Assembly (NCBI GenBank): GCA_025594325.1
Contig: JANHCV010000010.1
Span: forward strand, 1,550,001 to 1,614,000
DNA length: 64,000 nucleotides
From: Blastocladiella emersonii ATCC 22665
Taxonomy: Eukaryota; Fungi; Blastocladiomycota
Direction of reading: 5' to 3'
Shown here piece after piece: positions 1 to 11,996 of this stretch. Both the position numbers and the translations under genes were made by a program. The notes under the pieces are model-generated. The model saw nothing but the letters and a program-made list of their open reading frames with translations. It did not search any database and was not told the origin of the DNA. Each line of letters opens with the position of its first letter. Positions within the stretch are counted from its first letter, which is position 1.

Positions 1-568
1 CGGTCTTGCCGATCCACGTCTTGAGCACGATGAGGCCGAGAATGAACTGGGCGAGGATGCCGACCGAGACGAGGCGGAAGTTGACGGCCGAGCGGTGCTT
101 GGAGGTACCGTACAGGAGGCCGAGGATGACGATCAGGCCGAGGAGCGAGCGGGCGCGCTCGAGCTTGGTGCCGCGGTCCGAGTCGGGGATGATGATGATC
201 GAGACAACGGCGATGGCGAGGGTCAGGGCGCCGAAGAGCGCGGCCTTGATGAGCGGGGACACGGCCTCGAAGGGCTTGAAGATGGTGCCGAAGACGACGG
301 CGAAGGGCTTGGTCAGCGTGTCGTTGGAGATGCGCTTGGTCAGGATCTTGGCGATGATGCAGAAGTAGAGGAAGGCCGGGAAGGCGATGGTGTCGGGGTG
401 GTTGCCCCAGGCGAAGACGAGCCACACGGTCAGACCAATGACGATGATGGCGTCGACGACGCGCTGCAGGGTCGAGTCCTTGAACTCGGCCGCGGCCGCG
501 GGAGCGGGCGCAGGGGCGGCCACACCGGCCGCCTTCTCGAGCGACTTGGTATCCTCGGATGCGGTCAT
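1..568 (-). CDS. Concentrative nucleoside transporter (CNT/SLC28 family), 5' part; runs off the window start
   Basis: My minus-strand translation from ATG at 568 gives multiple TM helices and RARSLLGLIVILGLLYGTSKHRSAVNFRLVSVGILAQFILGLIVLKT, the conserved CNT N-terminal core motif. This frame is not in the ORF track. Confidence 0.85.
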   Translation of the reverse strand, partial: MTASEDTKSLEKAAGVAAPAPAPAAAAEFKDSTLQRVVDAIIVIGLTVWLVFAWGNHPDTIAFPAFLYFCIIAKILTKRISNDTLTKPFAVVFGTIFKPFEAVSPLIKAALFGALTLAIAVVSIIIIPDSDRGTKLERARSLLGLIVILGLLYGTSKHRSAVNFRLVSVGILAQFILGLIVLKTWIGKT

Positions 569-2021
569 GCTGGAGGTGGCGGGCGTGGGCGGTCGTTAGC
601 TGGTTGCTCGAGGAGTGCGAGCGAGCGAGCGAGCGCCACCCGTCGAGAGCAAGCGCGAGTGCTGCTAGAGCGCCGAGGCGCGGCAGCAACAAGCTCGAGC
701 AGGGACGACGTCGACGAGGTGGGAGACAGCGGCAGCGCTGCGGGACATACGTTGATTCGAGGAGGAAGGAAGCACAAGCGAGAGAAGGGAGGGAGGGCGG
801 GGGCCCCGGTGGTATTTATGTTGCAGGGGGGACAACAGGGCGGGGCGGCAAGCGGGGCGGCGGCGGCGAGGCCCGGGTGGTGGCGAAAAAGCGCAGTCCC
901 GAGCCACAGTGCGCGACTGACCAATCACAGGGCCGCCCTCCGCATACCGAATATTCGCCGATCCCGCCCTACTGCTCAAGCTTTAGGTTCCCCGGCCGAG
1001 TCAGGCGGCACACATCGTGACACGGCCGCCGCGATCCCGCTTCAGAGTTTTGGACAGGGACCCGTGCGATCCTCCATCGTCTCGTCGTTGTCGTTGTTGG
1101 CGGTGAGGCCACTCGCTCATCGTCGAGGTCCACGATGGCCATCATCCATCGCGGCGGCCGCGACCATGGCCATCGTGGGTCTCGTGCTTCCCCGCACTCT
1201 GGCGCTCGGCCGCGCCCCACCACTGAACCTGCCACTCCTCCAGCCCTCGCTACGCGCCTCGCCGTGTGCCTCGTGGTCGTCGACGACGAGGGTCAGGCGG
1301 CGTGCCGCGCCAACGTTTCAGATTGCCTGCAACATCGGAACGAACCGGGTGTGGCGTTCCGATCCTGCTTGTCCGCTTCTCCGAACATTCAACCTCGACT
1401 ACGCCGACGACATCACCAGTGTTCGCCGCAGTTCCATGTGGGCGTCGCTGATGCGGTGCGCCGACCGGCTCGTTTGCCCGCGAACATGGCCGCGACGCCC
1501 GCGACGCCCACGGGCGTTGGCGTTGCCTCAAGTTGTGCTTGGACTCGCGCCGGGGCGTCGACTGTGGCGGAGGTCGAGGTGGAGCTACGCCATCATTCTC
1601 GCCGTCTCTTCGTCGCGAGGCCCCGCGTGCTCGACGTGTTGCGCCCGCGGCCGTAAGCGCGGTGGTGGTGGCGGCGCCTGCTGATGCAGCTTCCATCGCA
1701 CCCACGAATGTCGCAGCCTCTCCGTCGCAGCGCGTGATGCGTGCTGTGATCGTCGCCGTGGTGCGGTGCGGGGGCGGCGGCTGCGCCACAAGTTCCCACG
1801 GTCGAGTGTTCGCGGCCGCGTGGGGCCAAGCGGGACCCGTGGGCGCCGCGGGCGCGAGCGACTCGCGAGGGCGCGGCATCCAGGGACGCCAGATGGGATA
1901 TCGCGCGCGCTGCGCCGAGCGAAAGATCCCGGACCGCGACCGCGCGATCCCGAAGGGTGCAGGATGCAGGGTGGAGGGTGTGAATACTAAGTATACTACC
2001 GCTACGTTACACGGGCTCGAG

Positions 2022-3293
2022 TTACATCTCCATATCCTCCCACTCGCCCTCGCCGGCCGCGCCGGCACCGTCCTCGTCGTCGGCGTCCCCGAAAACGCCG
2101 TCGGCGGCGATCCGGGCGAGCAGCTCCTCGACGTGGGCGAGCAGTGGTGGGTCGTCGTGCTTCTCCTGGACGTAGATGCCCTTGGCGCGGTGCAGGCAGT
2201 CGATGGCCTCGGTCCACCACTCGGCGCGCGACGACCGCGCCTCCATGACCTCGTCGTCGGGGAACTCGACGGCCAGCTTGACGCCGGCGACCTCGGCCGT
2301 GGCCGGTCCGGGCTCGCCCGCCACCTCGCCGAACAGGAAATACGCCCACCCGAACAGGTACCACAGGTCGACGGCCTCGTCAAACTCCTGCGCGCAGATC
2401 CCGAGCACGTCGATGGCGCGGCCCCACATGCCGAGCTCGAGGCACAGCCGCGCGGCGTTGAGCCGCGACTCGTACGGCGGGAGGTGCGGCGGCGGCGTGT
2501 TCTCGACCTCGTGCGCGCGGTCCGGGTCCGCCAGCGCCTGCATGTACGACATGAAGGGCGCGACCCACAGATCGAGCCCGCGCTGCATCGTCGCCTTGGC
2601 GTCCGCCGGCTGCGAGTTGCTGATCTGCACCGACGTCAGCGTCAGGTACGGGTTCGGGTTGGACGCGTCGAGCGCGATGGCCCGGTGCAGCACCGACAGG
2701 CACGTCTCGGCCGCGTCCGGCTCGAAGCTACGTCACAGTGGGTCAGTGAGCAGGAGAGCGCGAGTAGCCTTTCTGGGAGGGATCCCGCGTGCGCACCAGA
2801 GATCGGTGAGGTAAATCTCAGCAATCGAGCACAGCGCCTCGACCGTCTTGTTGACGAGCTCAACGCGGGTCTCGGCATCCACGCCCGCCGCGAGCTTGCC
2901 CTCCATGATGCGCACGGCGAGCGTAAAGTACTCGACGGCCTGCTTGGCGCCCGCGAGCTGGCCGAGGTACAGGACAACAGCCTCGTTGGTCTGGCACTGC
3001 GCGTAGTACCGCGAGAAGCACGCGAGCGCGGCCTCGGGCTCGCCCTGGTCCATCATGGCGGCGCCCGCGAGCTCGAGCGCGGGGAGGTGGTCGCCGTTCA
3101 CCCCCAGGATCGTCTGCAGCAGCGGCATCGCCGAGTCCAGGTCGCTCTGCTCGTAGTGCGCCAGCGCCTGCGCGAACAGGGCGTCGAGGTCCTGCGGCGG
3201 CTGAGGCGCTGCGGGAGCGGCGGCGGCGGGGGCAGCAGGCCCGGATCCGCGTTGCGCGACGCGGCGGCCGCCGACTTTCTTGGCTTTGCCCAT
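2022..3293 (-). CDS. ACL4: TPR protein, assembly chaperone of Rpl4
   Basis: Two exons with intron 2728-2796 (GTGCGC...CTGAC...TAG). Splicing restores ALCSIAEIYLTDLCFEPDA, the ACL4 signature. TPR repeats and an acidic C-terminus are present. Confidence 0.8.
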
Positions 3294-3656
3294 GGTGTCG
3301 ATGCGTGTGATTCCGTTGCGTGCGTCACCGTGCGCCGTCGTCGTCGTCGCAAAACAGGGAGGGAGAGCGGGAGGATGGCGACGAGTGGCGCGCGACTCGG
3401 CGTTCGCCTCACGTGCGCCCATTGGACCCGTCGCCAGCCACCCTGCGATCAAAACTCATTCGGATGAAGCATCAAGATGAGCCGCATTCGGCGGCGTGAC
3501 TTGCAGGTTGTTTGGCGGCACGCGCCGCGGCGAGCAGCGAGCAGCGAGGGCAGACCCGACTTCGACCGCGATCGGCCCGGTTCCCTCCTCTCCCCTGCAT
3601 CGTAAAAGCACACACACATTCTGCCACGTAGCTTTGGACGAACCAACGCAACCACC

Positions 3657-5015
3657 ATGATCCGCCGCTCCGTCGCCAACTACGCCCGCGCCGAGCTGCG
3701 CCGCCGGACCGCCGCTGCCGCTGCCACGTCCCTGGCGCCACCACCATCCTGCGCGCACGCGACGCAGCGCCGGTATGCGTCGGGCAGCGCGGGCCGCGAC
3801 GATGGCGGCAACGCTGGCCCGAACATGGGTCCGGGGCGCGCCTTCATCGAGGGCTTCGTGACGTCGATCCGGCGCCAGGTGCAGGAGAACAAGGAGCTCA
3901 AGGACAACGTCAAGCTGCTGGCCGACGAGGCGACGCGGCTGTCCGAGTCGGACTCGATCAAGAAGGCCAAGGAGCTGGCCGAGGGCGGCACCTCGGCCAC
4001 GTCCGAGGCGCTCAAGAAGACGGGCGCGGTCGTCGGCAAGGTCGCCGAGACCGTGTCGGAGACGGTGACCAAGGTCGCCGAGACGCCCGTCGGCAAGGCG
4101 GCGACGACCACCATCAAGAAGACGACGCAGGCCGTCGGGCAGGCGGCCGAGGCCGCGGTGCGGCCCATCACGTCGTCGGAGCAGTACAAGCAGGCGTCCG
4201 AAGATCTTGCCAAGGCGATCCACCAGGCGTCGTCGCGGTACGGCGGCGTCACGTCCAAGCACTACCGGTCGCTGATCAAGCGGCAGCGCGAGCTCGACTA
4301 CGAGATGCGCGCCAAGATCACCGAGAACACGGAGGCCATGGGCGTGGTGCTGCGCCCCGACTCCAAGTGGAAGCGCAGCTGGGACGACTTCAAGGAGTCG
4401 AGCCCGCTCGCCCGCAACATGTTCTCCCTGCAGCGCAAGGTGGCCGAGTCCGACAACCTGGTCGTCTCCTGGGGCCGGTTCTTTGTCGAGTCGTTCCAGG
4501 ACCGGTTCGGCGGCCTGTTCGAGGAGACGGAGACGGCCAAGGCCATGTCGCTGCTCAAGGGGCTCGACCCGACCTTCAACCAGGAGGCGTTCCTGCGGGA
4601 AGCGCGCGAGTTCATCCTGCCCGAGGTGCTCGAGGCGTGGCTGGCCGGCGACCGCGAGACGCTGACGCGGTGGTGCAGCGAGGCGTCGGTGCGCGTGCTG
4701 ACGGCGGGCCACGACGAGCTCGTCAAGCAGGGCATGGTGTCGGACTCGCGGCTCGTCGAGCTCAAGGGCGTCGAGCTGGTCTCGGCCAAGGTGCTCGAGA
4801 ACAACATCCCCGTGCTCATGGTGTCGTGCACCACCCAGGAGGTGATCCTGTACCGCGACAAGGTGTCCAAGGAGGTGCGCCTCGGCAAGGAGGACGTGAT
4901 CATGCGGTGCTCGTACGTGGTCGTCCTCACCGTCGAGGAGGGCAACGACGACCCCATCACGCGCGGGTGGAAGGTGGTCGACCAGGCCAAGGTCGCCGGC
5001 GGGTCCATGGTCTAG
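3657..5015 (+). CDS. TIM44: Mitochondrial import inner membrane translocase subunit Tim44
   Basis: Intronless 452 aa. Arg/Ala-rich presequence, FIxxxRxQVQENKEL N-terminal region, and a C-terminal Tim44 domain (DPTFNQEAFLREAREFILPEVLEA). Confidence 0.93.
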   Translation: MIRRSVANYARAELRRRTAAAAATSLAPPPSCAHATQRRYASGSAGRDDGGNAGPNMGPGRAFIEGFVTSIRRQVQENKELKDNVKLLADEATRLSESDSIKKAKELAEGGTSATSEALKKTGAVVGKVAETVSETVTKVAETPVGKAATTTIKKTTQAVGQAAEAAVRPITSSEQYKQASEDLAKAIHQASSRYGGVTSKHYRSLIKRQRELDYEMRAKITENTEAMGVVLRPDSKWKRSWDDFKESSPLARNMFSLQRKVAESDNLVVSWGRFFVESFQDRFGGLFEETETAKAMSLLKGLDPTFNQEAFLREAREFILPEVLEAWLAGDRETLTRWCSEASVRVLTAGHDELVKQGMVSDSRLVELKGVELVSAKVLENNIPVLMVSCTTQEVILYRDKVSKEVRLGKEDVIMRCSYVVVLTVEEGNDDPITRGWKVVDQAKVAGGSMV

Positions 5016-5243
5016 TCGTCCCGGTTAGCGTCATTCCTAGTCTATCACCAAACTGAATACATAGAACTCTCATTACCTCGCTCGCTCGTCCTCGGAGTGG
5101 TGCGTGGTCGCCGACGTGGACGCCGTCGCGGTCGGCGGCCGATGAGGCGCAACGCGACCCGGCCGAGCTGCTCCCCCGCCAACGCAGACCTTGCAACGTA
5201 ACCACCACGCATCAACCCCCCGCGCGACTCGGCGCAACGCACC

Positions 5244-6429
5244 ATGTCGGCCACCGAGAGCGTCATCCTCGTCACGGCGGGGTACGACCACACGATCCGG
5301 TTCTGGGAGGCGCTGTCGGGCGCGTGCTCCAGAACCATCCAGTACCCCGACACGGTCAGTCTGTCTTCTTGCTCGCTTATTCGGCCCCCTGACGCGCGCG
5401 CGATCTGCCTAACTAGCAAGTCAACAAGCTCGCCGTGTCGCCAGACAAGCGGTACGTGGTGGCGGTCGGGAACCCGCACGTGCGGTTCTACGACATCCAG
5501 AGCGGCAACGGCAGCCCCGTCATGAGCTTCGAGGGCCACACGGGCAACGTCACGGGCATCCAGTTTGCCGCCGACGGGCGCTGGTTCGTCACGAGCGGCG
5601 AGGACCGCACCGTCAAGGTGTGGGACATGCGGTACGCGGCGTGCGCGCGGCGTGGGCGCGCGGCGTGAGAGCACGAAGACTGACATTCCCAAACTCGTAG
5701 CGCACCAACACCATCGCGCGACTACGACCACCGGTCGCCCGTCAACGACGTGCAGATCCACCCGAACCAGGCCGAGCTGGTGACGTGCGACCAGGCCGGG
5801 TCGGTGCGCATCTGGGACCTGGCCACCAACCAGTACACGCACCAGCTGCTGCCCGAGGAGGACGTGTCGATGCGCAGCGTCGCCATCTCGGCCGACGGCG
5901 GCACCCTCATCGCGGGAAACAACAAGGGGAACTGCTACATCTGGAAGTGGGTCAAGTCCGAGCTCCTGCCCATCAAGCAGCTGCTCGCGCACAAGAAATA
6001 CCTCCTCAAGTGCATGATCTCGCCCGACACGACGTACGTGCTGCTTGCGCTAGACGAGCGGTCGCGTGGACGCTAACCCGCGCACGCGTGCGTGTAGCAA
6101 GTTTGTCACCTGCTCGGCCGACGGGACCGTCAAGGTGTGGGACACGACCGACGACTCGTACCAGCTGGTCCGCGTGCTCGCCGGCCACCAGCGGTGGGTG
6201 TGGGACTGCGCCTTTTCCGCCGACTCGGCGTACCTCGTCACCGGTACGCGTAGCGCGTGTCTTCACTCGGGCCGGCCAACAACTGACGCCGCGCGTGCAC
6301 GATGTAGCGTCCAGCGACCACTCGGCGCGGCTGTGGGACCTGTCGACGGGCGAGCCGATCCGGCAGTACGTCGGGCACCACAAGGCGGCCATCTGCGTCG
6401 CCCTGCACGACCAGCCGACCATGGTGTAG
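5244..6429 (+). CDS. LST8: TOR complex subunit LST8 (WD40)
   Basis: Motifs [63 protein letters not shown] and [14 protein letters not shown]. Several short GT-AG introns. Confidence 0.95.
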
Positions 6430-6502
6430 GGTGTAGAAGACTCCCGGGTGATATATATATTTTTGAACTGAACAGTGTCGAGTCGAGGGGGGGGAGAGTG
6501 GG

Positions 6503-7432
6503 TCAGGTCGCCTTGAGCGGCGCGTTGGGCTCTACACGGCGGTGAAAGAGAGTCAGGTCGAGTCGGTCGATGAGAGGGCCATGAGCGAGCGTACCGGCCT
6601 GCTTGTTGGCTTCTGGCGGCTCGAGGGTCGGGTCCTTGAGGTCGGCCGTGTTGGGCATGGAGAGCGGCACGTCGGGCTCCTGCAGGTAGCTCGGGACCTC
6701 GTCGTCCTCGAAGAGCAGCTCGTCACCGAGGGCCTCGAGCTCTACATACGCGATGACGTGAGGTCAGCCGTCGGACTGAGGCAGGCAACCGTGAAGCAAC
6801 GCACCGGCCTCGAGGTCGGCCTCATCAATCTCGTCGGGCAGGCCGTAGGACCGGCTCATGACGTCCTGCAGCTCGCTGGCCGAGTAGAGCAGGTCCTCCA
6901 TCTCGTCCTGCATCTTCTCGATTTTGGCCACGTCGACCGACTTGTACTGCTTCTTGAGCTCGGCGTTGGCGACGCGCATCGTGTCGACGACGGCGACCGT
7001 GTTGCGCAGGTTCTCGGTCGCCATCTGCGCCTGCTCAATGTTGAACGACTGCGTCATGAGCTGGTCGCGCTGGCCCTCGTACAGCTTCTTTTGCTTGAGC
7101 ACGCGCATCGCGCGGGACTTGATGGCGTCCTGTGGGCGTTCGCAGAGGGGAGGGGTGAGCAGCGGTTGGGGAAGTGCGCACGCAGCACGCGACAGCGTAC
7201 CTTGGACGGACCGTCGCGCATCTTGGCCATCTGCTCCTTGTAGCGGCCCAGCTCGGCATCGAGCTTGCGAATCTTGACCTCGATGGAGTCGGACCGCGTG
7301 TCGAGCTGGACGAGGATGCCGGCGTGAGCACGCAGTGTGGCAACGCGAGAGCGGGCAAGGCCCTACCGACGAGATGGCGTCGTTGAGCGACGGCTTGGCC
7401 TGCGGCTTTGCAGTTCCGAAGAAGCGATTCAT
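6503..7432 (-). CDS. VPS60: ESCRT-III-associated Vps60/CHMP5 (Snf7 family)
   Basis: Motifs [34 protein letters not shown] and [22 protein letters not shown]. Four short introns inferred; stop TGA at 6503-6505. Confidence 0.92.
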
Positions 7433-7687
7433 TGCAGAGTGTGACGGTTGAGTTGTCGCGGGGGAGAGCGAGGACTCGAAGCGCGAGTGAGCGCGATGCC
7501 GAACGCGAGGAAGCGCGTCACGCCTTGGAAAATTTCAGCGTGGCGCCGTTCGTTCGATGGTCGCTGCGCCCCCGCCGCCGCCCGCTCGCCACCCTCGCTC
7601 CCCTCAAGGCATCCCAGCTCCCCGCTCTCTCCCTCTCTCTGCACCCAACGCATTATCACGCTCGAACCGTGAACCCCACTCGCTGCA

Positions 7688-8422
7688 ATGAAGATCTTCT
7701 CCATCCTCGTGCTCACGGCCGCCGACCGGCCCGCCGAGGTGCGCGCCGCCGAGTTTGAGCTGTCGCAGTTTGGCTTCTTCCAGCGCGGCACGTACGCATC
7801 GTCCTGCGCTCTGGGAGTGTTGGCGGAGCGTGGCGCTGACCCATACTCGCGCGCAGCGTCCAGGAGTTCATGAACTTTACCGCCAAGACGATCGCCGAGC
7901 GCACGCAGCCTGGCCAGCGCCAGTCGGTCGAGCAGGACGGTGCGTGCTGTTCTCTCTGGTACCGTTTGCTCACCCCTCTGACGTCTCTGCGTCCCCCGCA
8001 CAGACTACATGATCCACTGCTTCGTGCGCCCCGTCGACAAGCTCGCGGGCGTGATCGTGACGGACCGCGAGTACCCTCTGCGCGTGGCGTTCACGCTCAT
8101 CAACAAGTCGCTCGACGATTTCGTCGCCAAGTTCCCCGCGTCGGCGTGGTCGGCGCTGACCCCCGCCACGGCCAACCCGCAGTTCCCGCTGCTGCGCGAG
8201 AACCTCATTAAGTACCAGGACCCGCACTCGGCCGACAGCCTGCTCAAGGTGCAGAAGGAGCTCGACGAGACCAAGGTCATCCTGCACAAGACCATCGAGT
8301 CGGTCCTCAAGCGCGAGGAGAAGCTCGACTCGCTCGTCGAGCGGTCCAACGCCCTCTCCATGTCCTCGCGCGCCTTTTACAAGTCGGCCAAGCAGACCAA
8401 CTCGTGCTGCAGACTAATGTAG
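7688..8422 (+). CDS. YKT6: R-SNARE Ykt6 (longin + SNARE, prenylated)
   Basis: Motifs ELSQFGFFQRG, KYQDPHSADSLLKVQKELDETKVILHKTIESVLKREEKLDSLVERS and a C-terminal CCRLM (CCAAX). Two introns. Confidence 0.96.
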
Positions 8423-8740
8423 GTCCTGCGGCATTCGCCCGTATCACCCCCATGAGCTTGACCTATAAACCTGTACACTGCTTCGTTACGCTGACCGGTC
8501 CCTGACGTGCTGCGCCACTCATGTGATGATGCCCCACGTCGCTGGCTTCGGCCTCGGCCATGGGCCTTTGGTGAAGATCGCGAGGTGCTCTCCACCTCGC
8601 ACACGCGTTCTCAAAGAGCGGTGGCCGCGGTGAGGTGGGAGACTGCCGCGGCGCGAACGACGCGACGCGTCTTCTCCGAGCCCTTCTTCCCTCCCCCCCC
8701 CTCCTTCCTCCCCTCGCCCCGTACCCATGCAACCACCGCC

Positions 8741-11700
8741 ATGCTAACCGCGACGACCAAGGCGCTCCTGAGCCCGATCGCCGACGCGGTCGCGCAGCTC
8801 GTCGTGATTACGGCGCACGCCGAGCTGCACCGCACCCCGATCCCGGACCTGCGCGATGTCGCCGCCCTCGTCGCCGAGCACGTCCACAAGCTCGCCAGCA
8901 TCGGCATGGGCCTGATCGACGCCGACGCGCTCGCTGCCGAGACCCGTGGGCACGTCGACGTGTCCAAGCTGCAGGCCGCCATGAACGAGGCGTGTATCTC
9001 GGGTGCGCACTCCCACGTTCTGTCTGCGTGAGGGAAGACTCTGACGCTCGCCCGTGTCATTTAGTCGTCAACGCGGCCAACCTGCTCGTCGGCGTCGCGC
9101 AGACGCTGTCGCTCGACCCGCTCAGCGCCGCGGGCCGCGCGCAGCTGGTCGACGCGACCAAGGGCATCCTGCAGGGCACGCAGGGGATCCTGAACACGTT
9201 CGACGACTCGGAGGTCCAGAAGATCGTCGTCGTCGCGCAGTCGCTCATCACGCACGTCGTGCGCCTGCACGAGACGGCCAGCACACCCGGCGGCGGGCCC
9301 GTCGCGCACTTCGTCCCGCGCACCCGCGACGTCGCACAGCAGGCACTGTTCCTCTACCACCTCGTCCACGCGCGGATCCCGGAGCTCCTGTCGCCCGCGC
9401 TCCAGAAGATCCTCGCCCAGTGGAACGCGCAGCTCGACCGCGCCGCCGTCGCGGGGACCGCGGCGGTCCAGGTCGTCGCGACGCATCCGGATTCGGCGCC
9501 GCATATCGGGATCCTGGGGCGGCATGTGAACGACGCCGCCGAGGCGTGCCGCAAGATCGTCGAGGTCGTCATGATCGAGGACATGGCCGAGGGCGGCGCG
9601 GCTGGGTCTTCTTCCGTGTCGGACGCCCTGGCACCCTCCACCTCGGCCGGTTCCTCATCCGCGTCCTCGTCGCTGGCGACCCCCGTCTGGCGCGACCCGC
9701 TCGACCAGGTGACCGCGGCCATCGCGCGCGTGTCATCCGCGACGTCCGACATCTCACCTTCCGCCGACTCGGCCGTCGCCGCCGCGACCGTGTCCCCCGC
9801 CGTGACCCCGGCCCTCGCCGCCGTCGCCTCGCTGAGGTCCGCCATCGAGTCGCACCGTACGTGGTCCGCCGCCGACCCGGAAACCCGCGCGACGCTGTGC
9901 GCGACCGCTGACCTGCTCTCGTCCGCCCTCGCCGCGCACGCCGACCCCGCGTCCCCCGTCTCGCTCGCCGCCCAACGCGCGGGCCGGATCCGCGCACTCG
10001 CCGATACCCTCGCGGGGCAGCTCACCGCCGCCGAGACGCGCGCGCGCGGGATCGAGACGACGGCGCTCGTCGACGCGCTGGCGCGGCTGCGCGCGCATGG
10101 GGCCGAGGATGGCCAGAAGACGCTCGTCGAGAAGATGCTCGCGGACCCGACCCGCGCCGCGTCAGGCGAGTTCGAGGACGTGGCGCGCGCCGCGGTCGCG
10201 GGCATGTACCGCGCGGGCGTCGCGCACGAGGTCGCGGCCAAGGTCGAGGCGCTCGTGCCGAGTGTCGTCGAGGCCGCGCAGGTGCTCGCGCTCGAGGCCG
10301 CCGGCGGAGGGGCTGATTCGGATTCCGCGGCCAGCAACGCGGTCAAGGAGTACGTCGCGCACGTCGTCGGCGAGTGGGACGCGGCCGTCGAGGCGGCGCA
10401 CCGCATGGTCGTTGCCACGGTTGCCGCGGATACGCTGATTGCGTCGTGGAGTACGTGGTTCTCCGAGCACCTCGTAGGATCCTCGGGCTAACCCTTTGAC
10501 CCGTCGGTAGTGACCCAAGTCGACCAAGTCACGACGCACATCGCCGCAGCCAAGACGGCGCTCGCCACCACGCCCGGCCACGCGGCCTCGGCCGCCGCGC
10601 TCAAGGGTCACGTCTCGAAACTCGCGTCGCTCCTCGCTGGGTTCGTGGGAACGGTCCAGCGCGAGGCCGATAACTCCGAGGACGCGGCGTACCGCGGCAC
10701 CCTCGTGTCGCTGCTCGCGCGGGCTCCGGCCCCCGCTGCGGGCGCCGACGATGGGTACGCGGACCGCGTCAAGGCGTTTGTCCAGGAGTGCGCGACCGCG
10801 GTCGGCGAGGAGCACGGGATCACGCTCGCCCTCGGACCCATCGCGCCCGTCGCCGCGGCGCTCGTCAGCGAGCCCGCGCTCCCGCCGCCCCCGCCGTCTG
10901 CGCCGGTGGTCCCCGAGCCGCCGGTCGTCGAGGCCGTCACCGCGGCCGTGGCGCAGCTCGCCATCGCGGTCCCGCCCCCGGCCCCCGAGCCGATCGTCGA
11001 CGAGGACGTGGTGATCGTCGAAGCCGACGCGCCGCAACCCCTATCACCCGAGGAAGCGCAAGCGAACCCCCTCCGCGCCGTCGCGCAGGACCTGATCGTC
11101 GAGACGTCGCGGTGGAGCCGGTCGGGCAACGACCTGGTGCACACGGCGGCCGAGATGTCGTCGCACCTGGCGACCATCGCCGACTACTACCGCCAGTTCT
11201 CCCCGCAGGCCAAGCTGTCGCTCGTCAGCAGCACGCGCGACGTCGTCAAGCTCGCCGACACGCTGCAGCGGCTCGTCCAGGCGCTCGCGAATGCGTGCAC
11301 CGACCGCCGCTTGCGACTCGACCTCCTCGCGGCCGCCAACCGCGTCCCCACGCTCTCGCAGCAGCTCAAGATCCTCGCGTCGGTCCGCGCCAGCGCCGGC
11401 GCGAACGTGGAAGGCGACTCGGAGCGCCAGATCGTGACGTGCGCGCAGAACCTGCTCGTCGCCGTCAAGGACGTGCTCGGCAAGTCCGAGGCCGCGAGTA
11501 TCCGCGTCAACGCGCGTACCGTCGGGAACGTCGGGCTCGCCGTCGTCAAGTTCAAGCGTAACCTTTTCCGCGGGCGCAAGGGCGCGGCGACGGGCGCGGC
11601 GGCGGTGCCCAGGCTCCCGACCACGGTCGAGGAGAAAGAACCCGCACCCGCGCCCGTGACGGCTACGCCGGCGACGGTGGGCGTGGGCAAGGCGTGGGCG

Positions 11701-11832
11701 GCGGCCGCGGCCGCGGCAAAGTCGACGGCAGCGCCCGCGCCGGCCAAGGCGCCGTCCATGTCGAACCTGCGCATGGAGGACCTGCTCACGCTCAAGAAGG
11801 CGGGGCCGCCCCCAGCGCGGCCTGGCGCGTGA
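8741..11832 (+). CDS. VCL: Vinculin homologue (head D1, Pro-rich linker, tail) with C-terminal extension; about 989 aa
   Basis: Introns 9003-9064 and 10451-10510. The N-terminus (LLSPIADAVAQLVV...PIPDL...DPLSAAGRAQLVDATKGILQGTQGILNTFDDSEVQKIV) and tail (GNDLVHTA...ACTDRRLRLDLL...RVPTLSQQLKILASV...CAQNLL...EAASIRV) align by eye with vinculin. Confidence 0.9.
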
Positions 11833-11996
11833 TGAGGCAGACTCGGTGGTGGTTGTGACACGCAAGAAGCGGCTATATATACGCCGCACAGTACTACTAC
11901 TACTAGGACAACAACAACAACAAGTCACACGCAGAGATATCAATCAAATCACATCGAAGGTCGCGCCATTCCCGCTCCGCGGGCGTCGACCATAGT

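Noticed and set aside
1394-1411. LDYADD, resembling the non-LTR reverse transcriptase YADD motif, preceded by SDPACPLL
   Set aside because: The spacing to the QGxxLSP-like motif is far too short and no other RT motifs are present. At best an unprovable relic.
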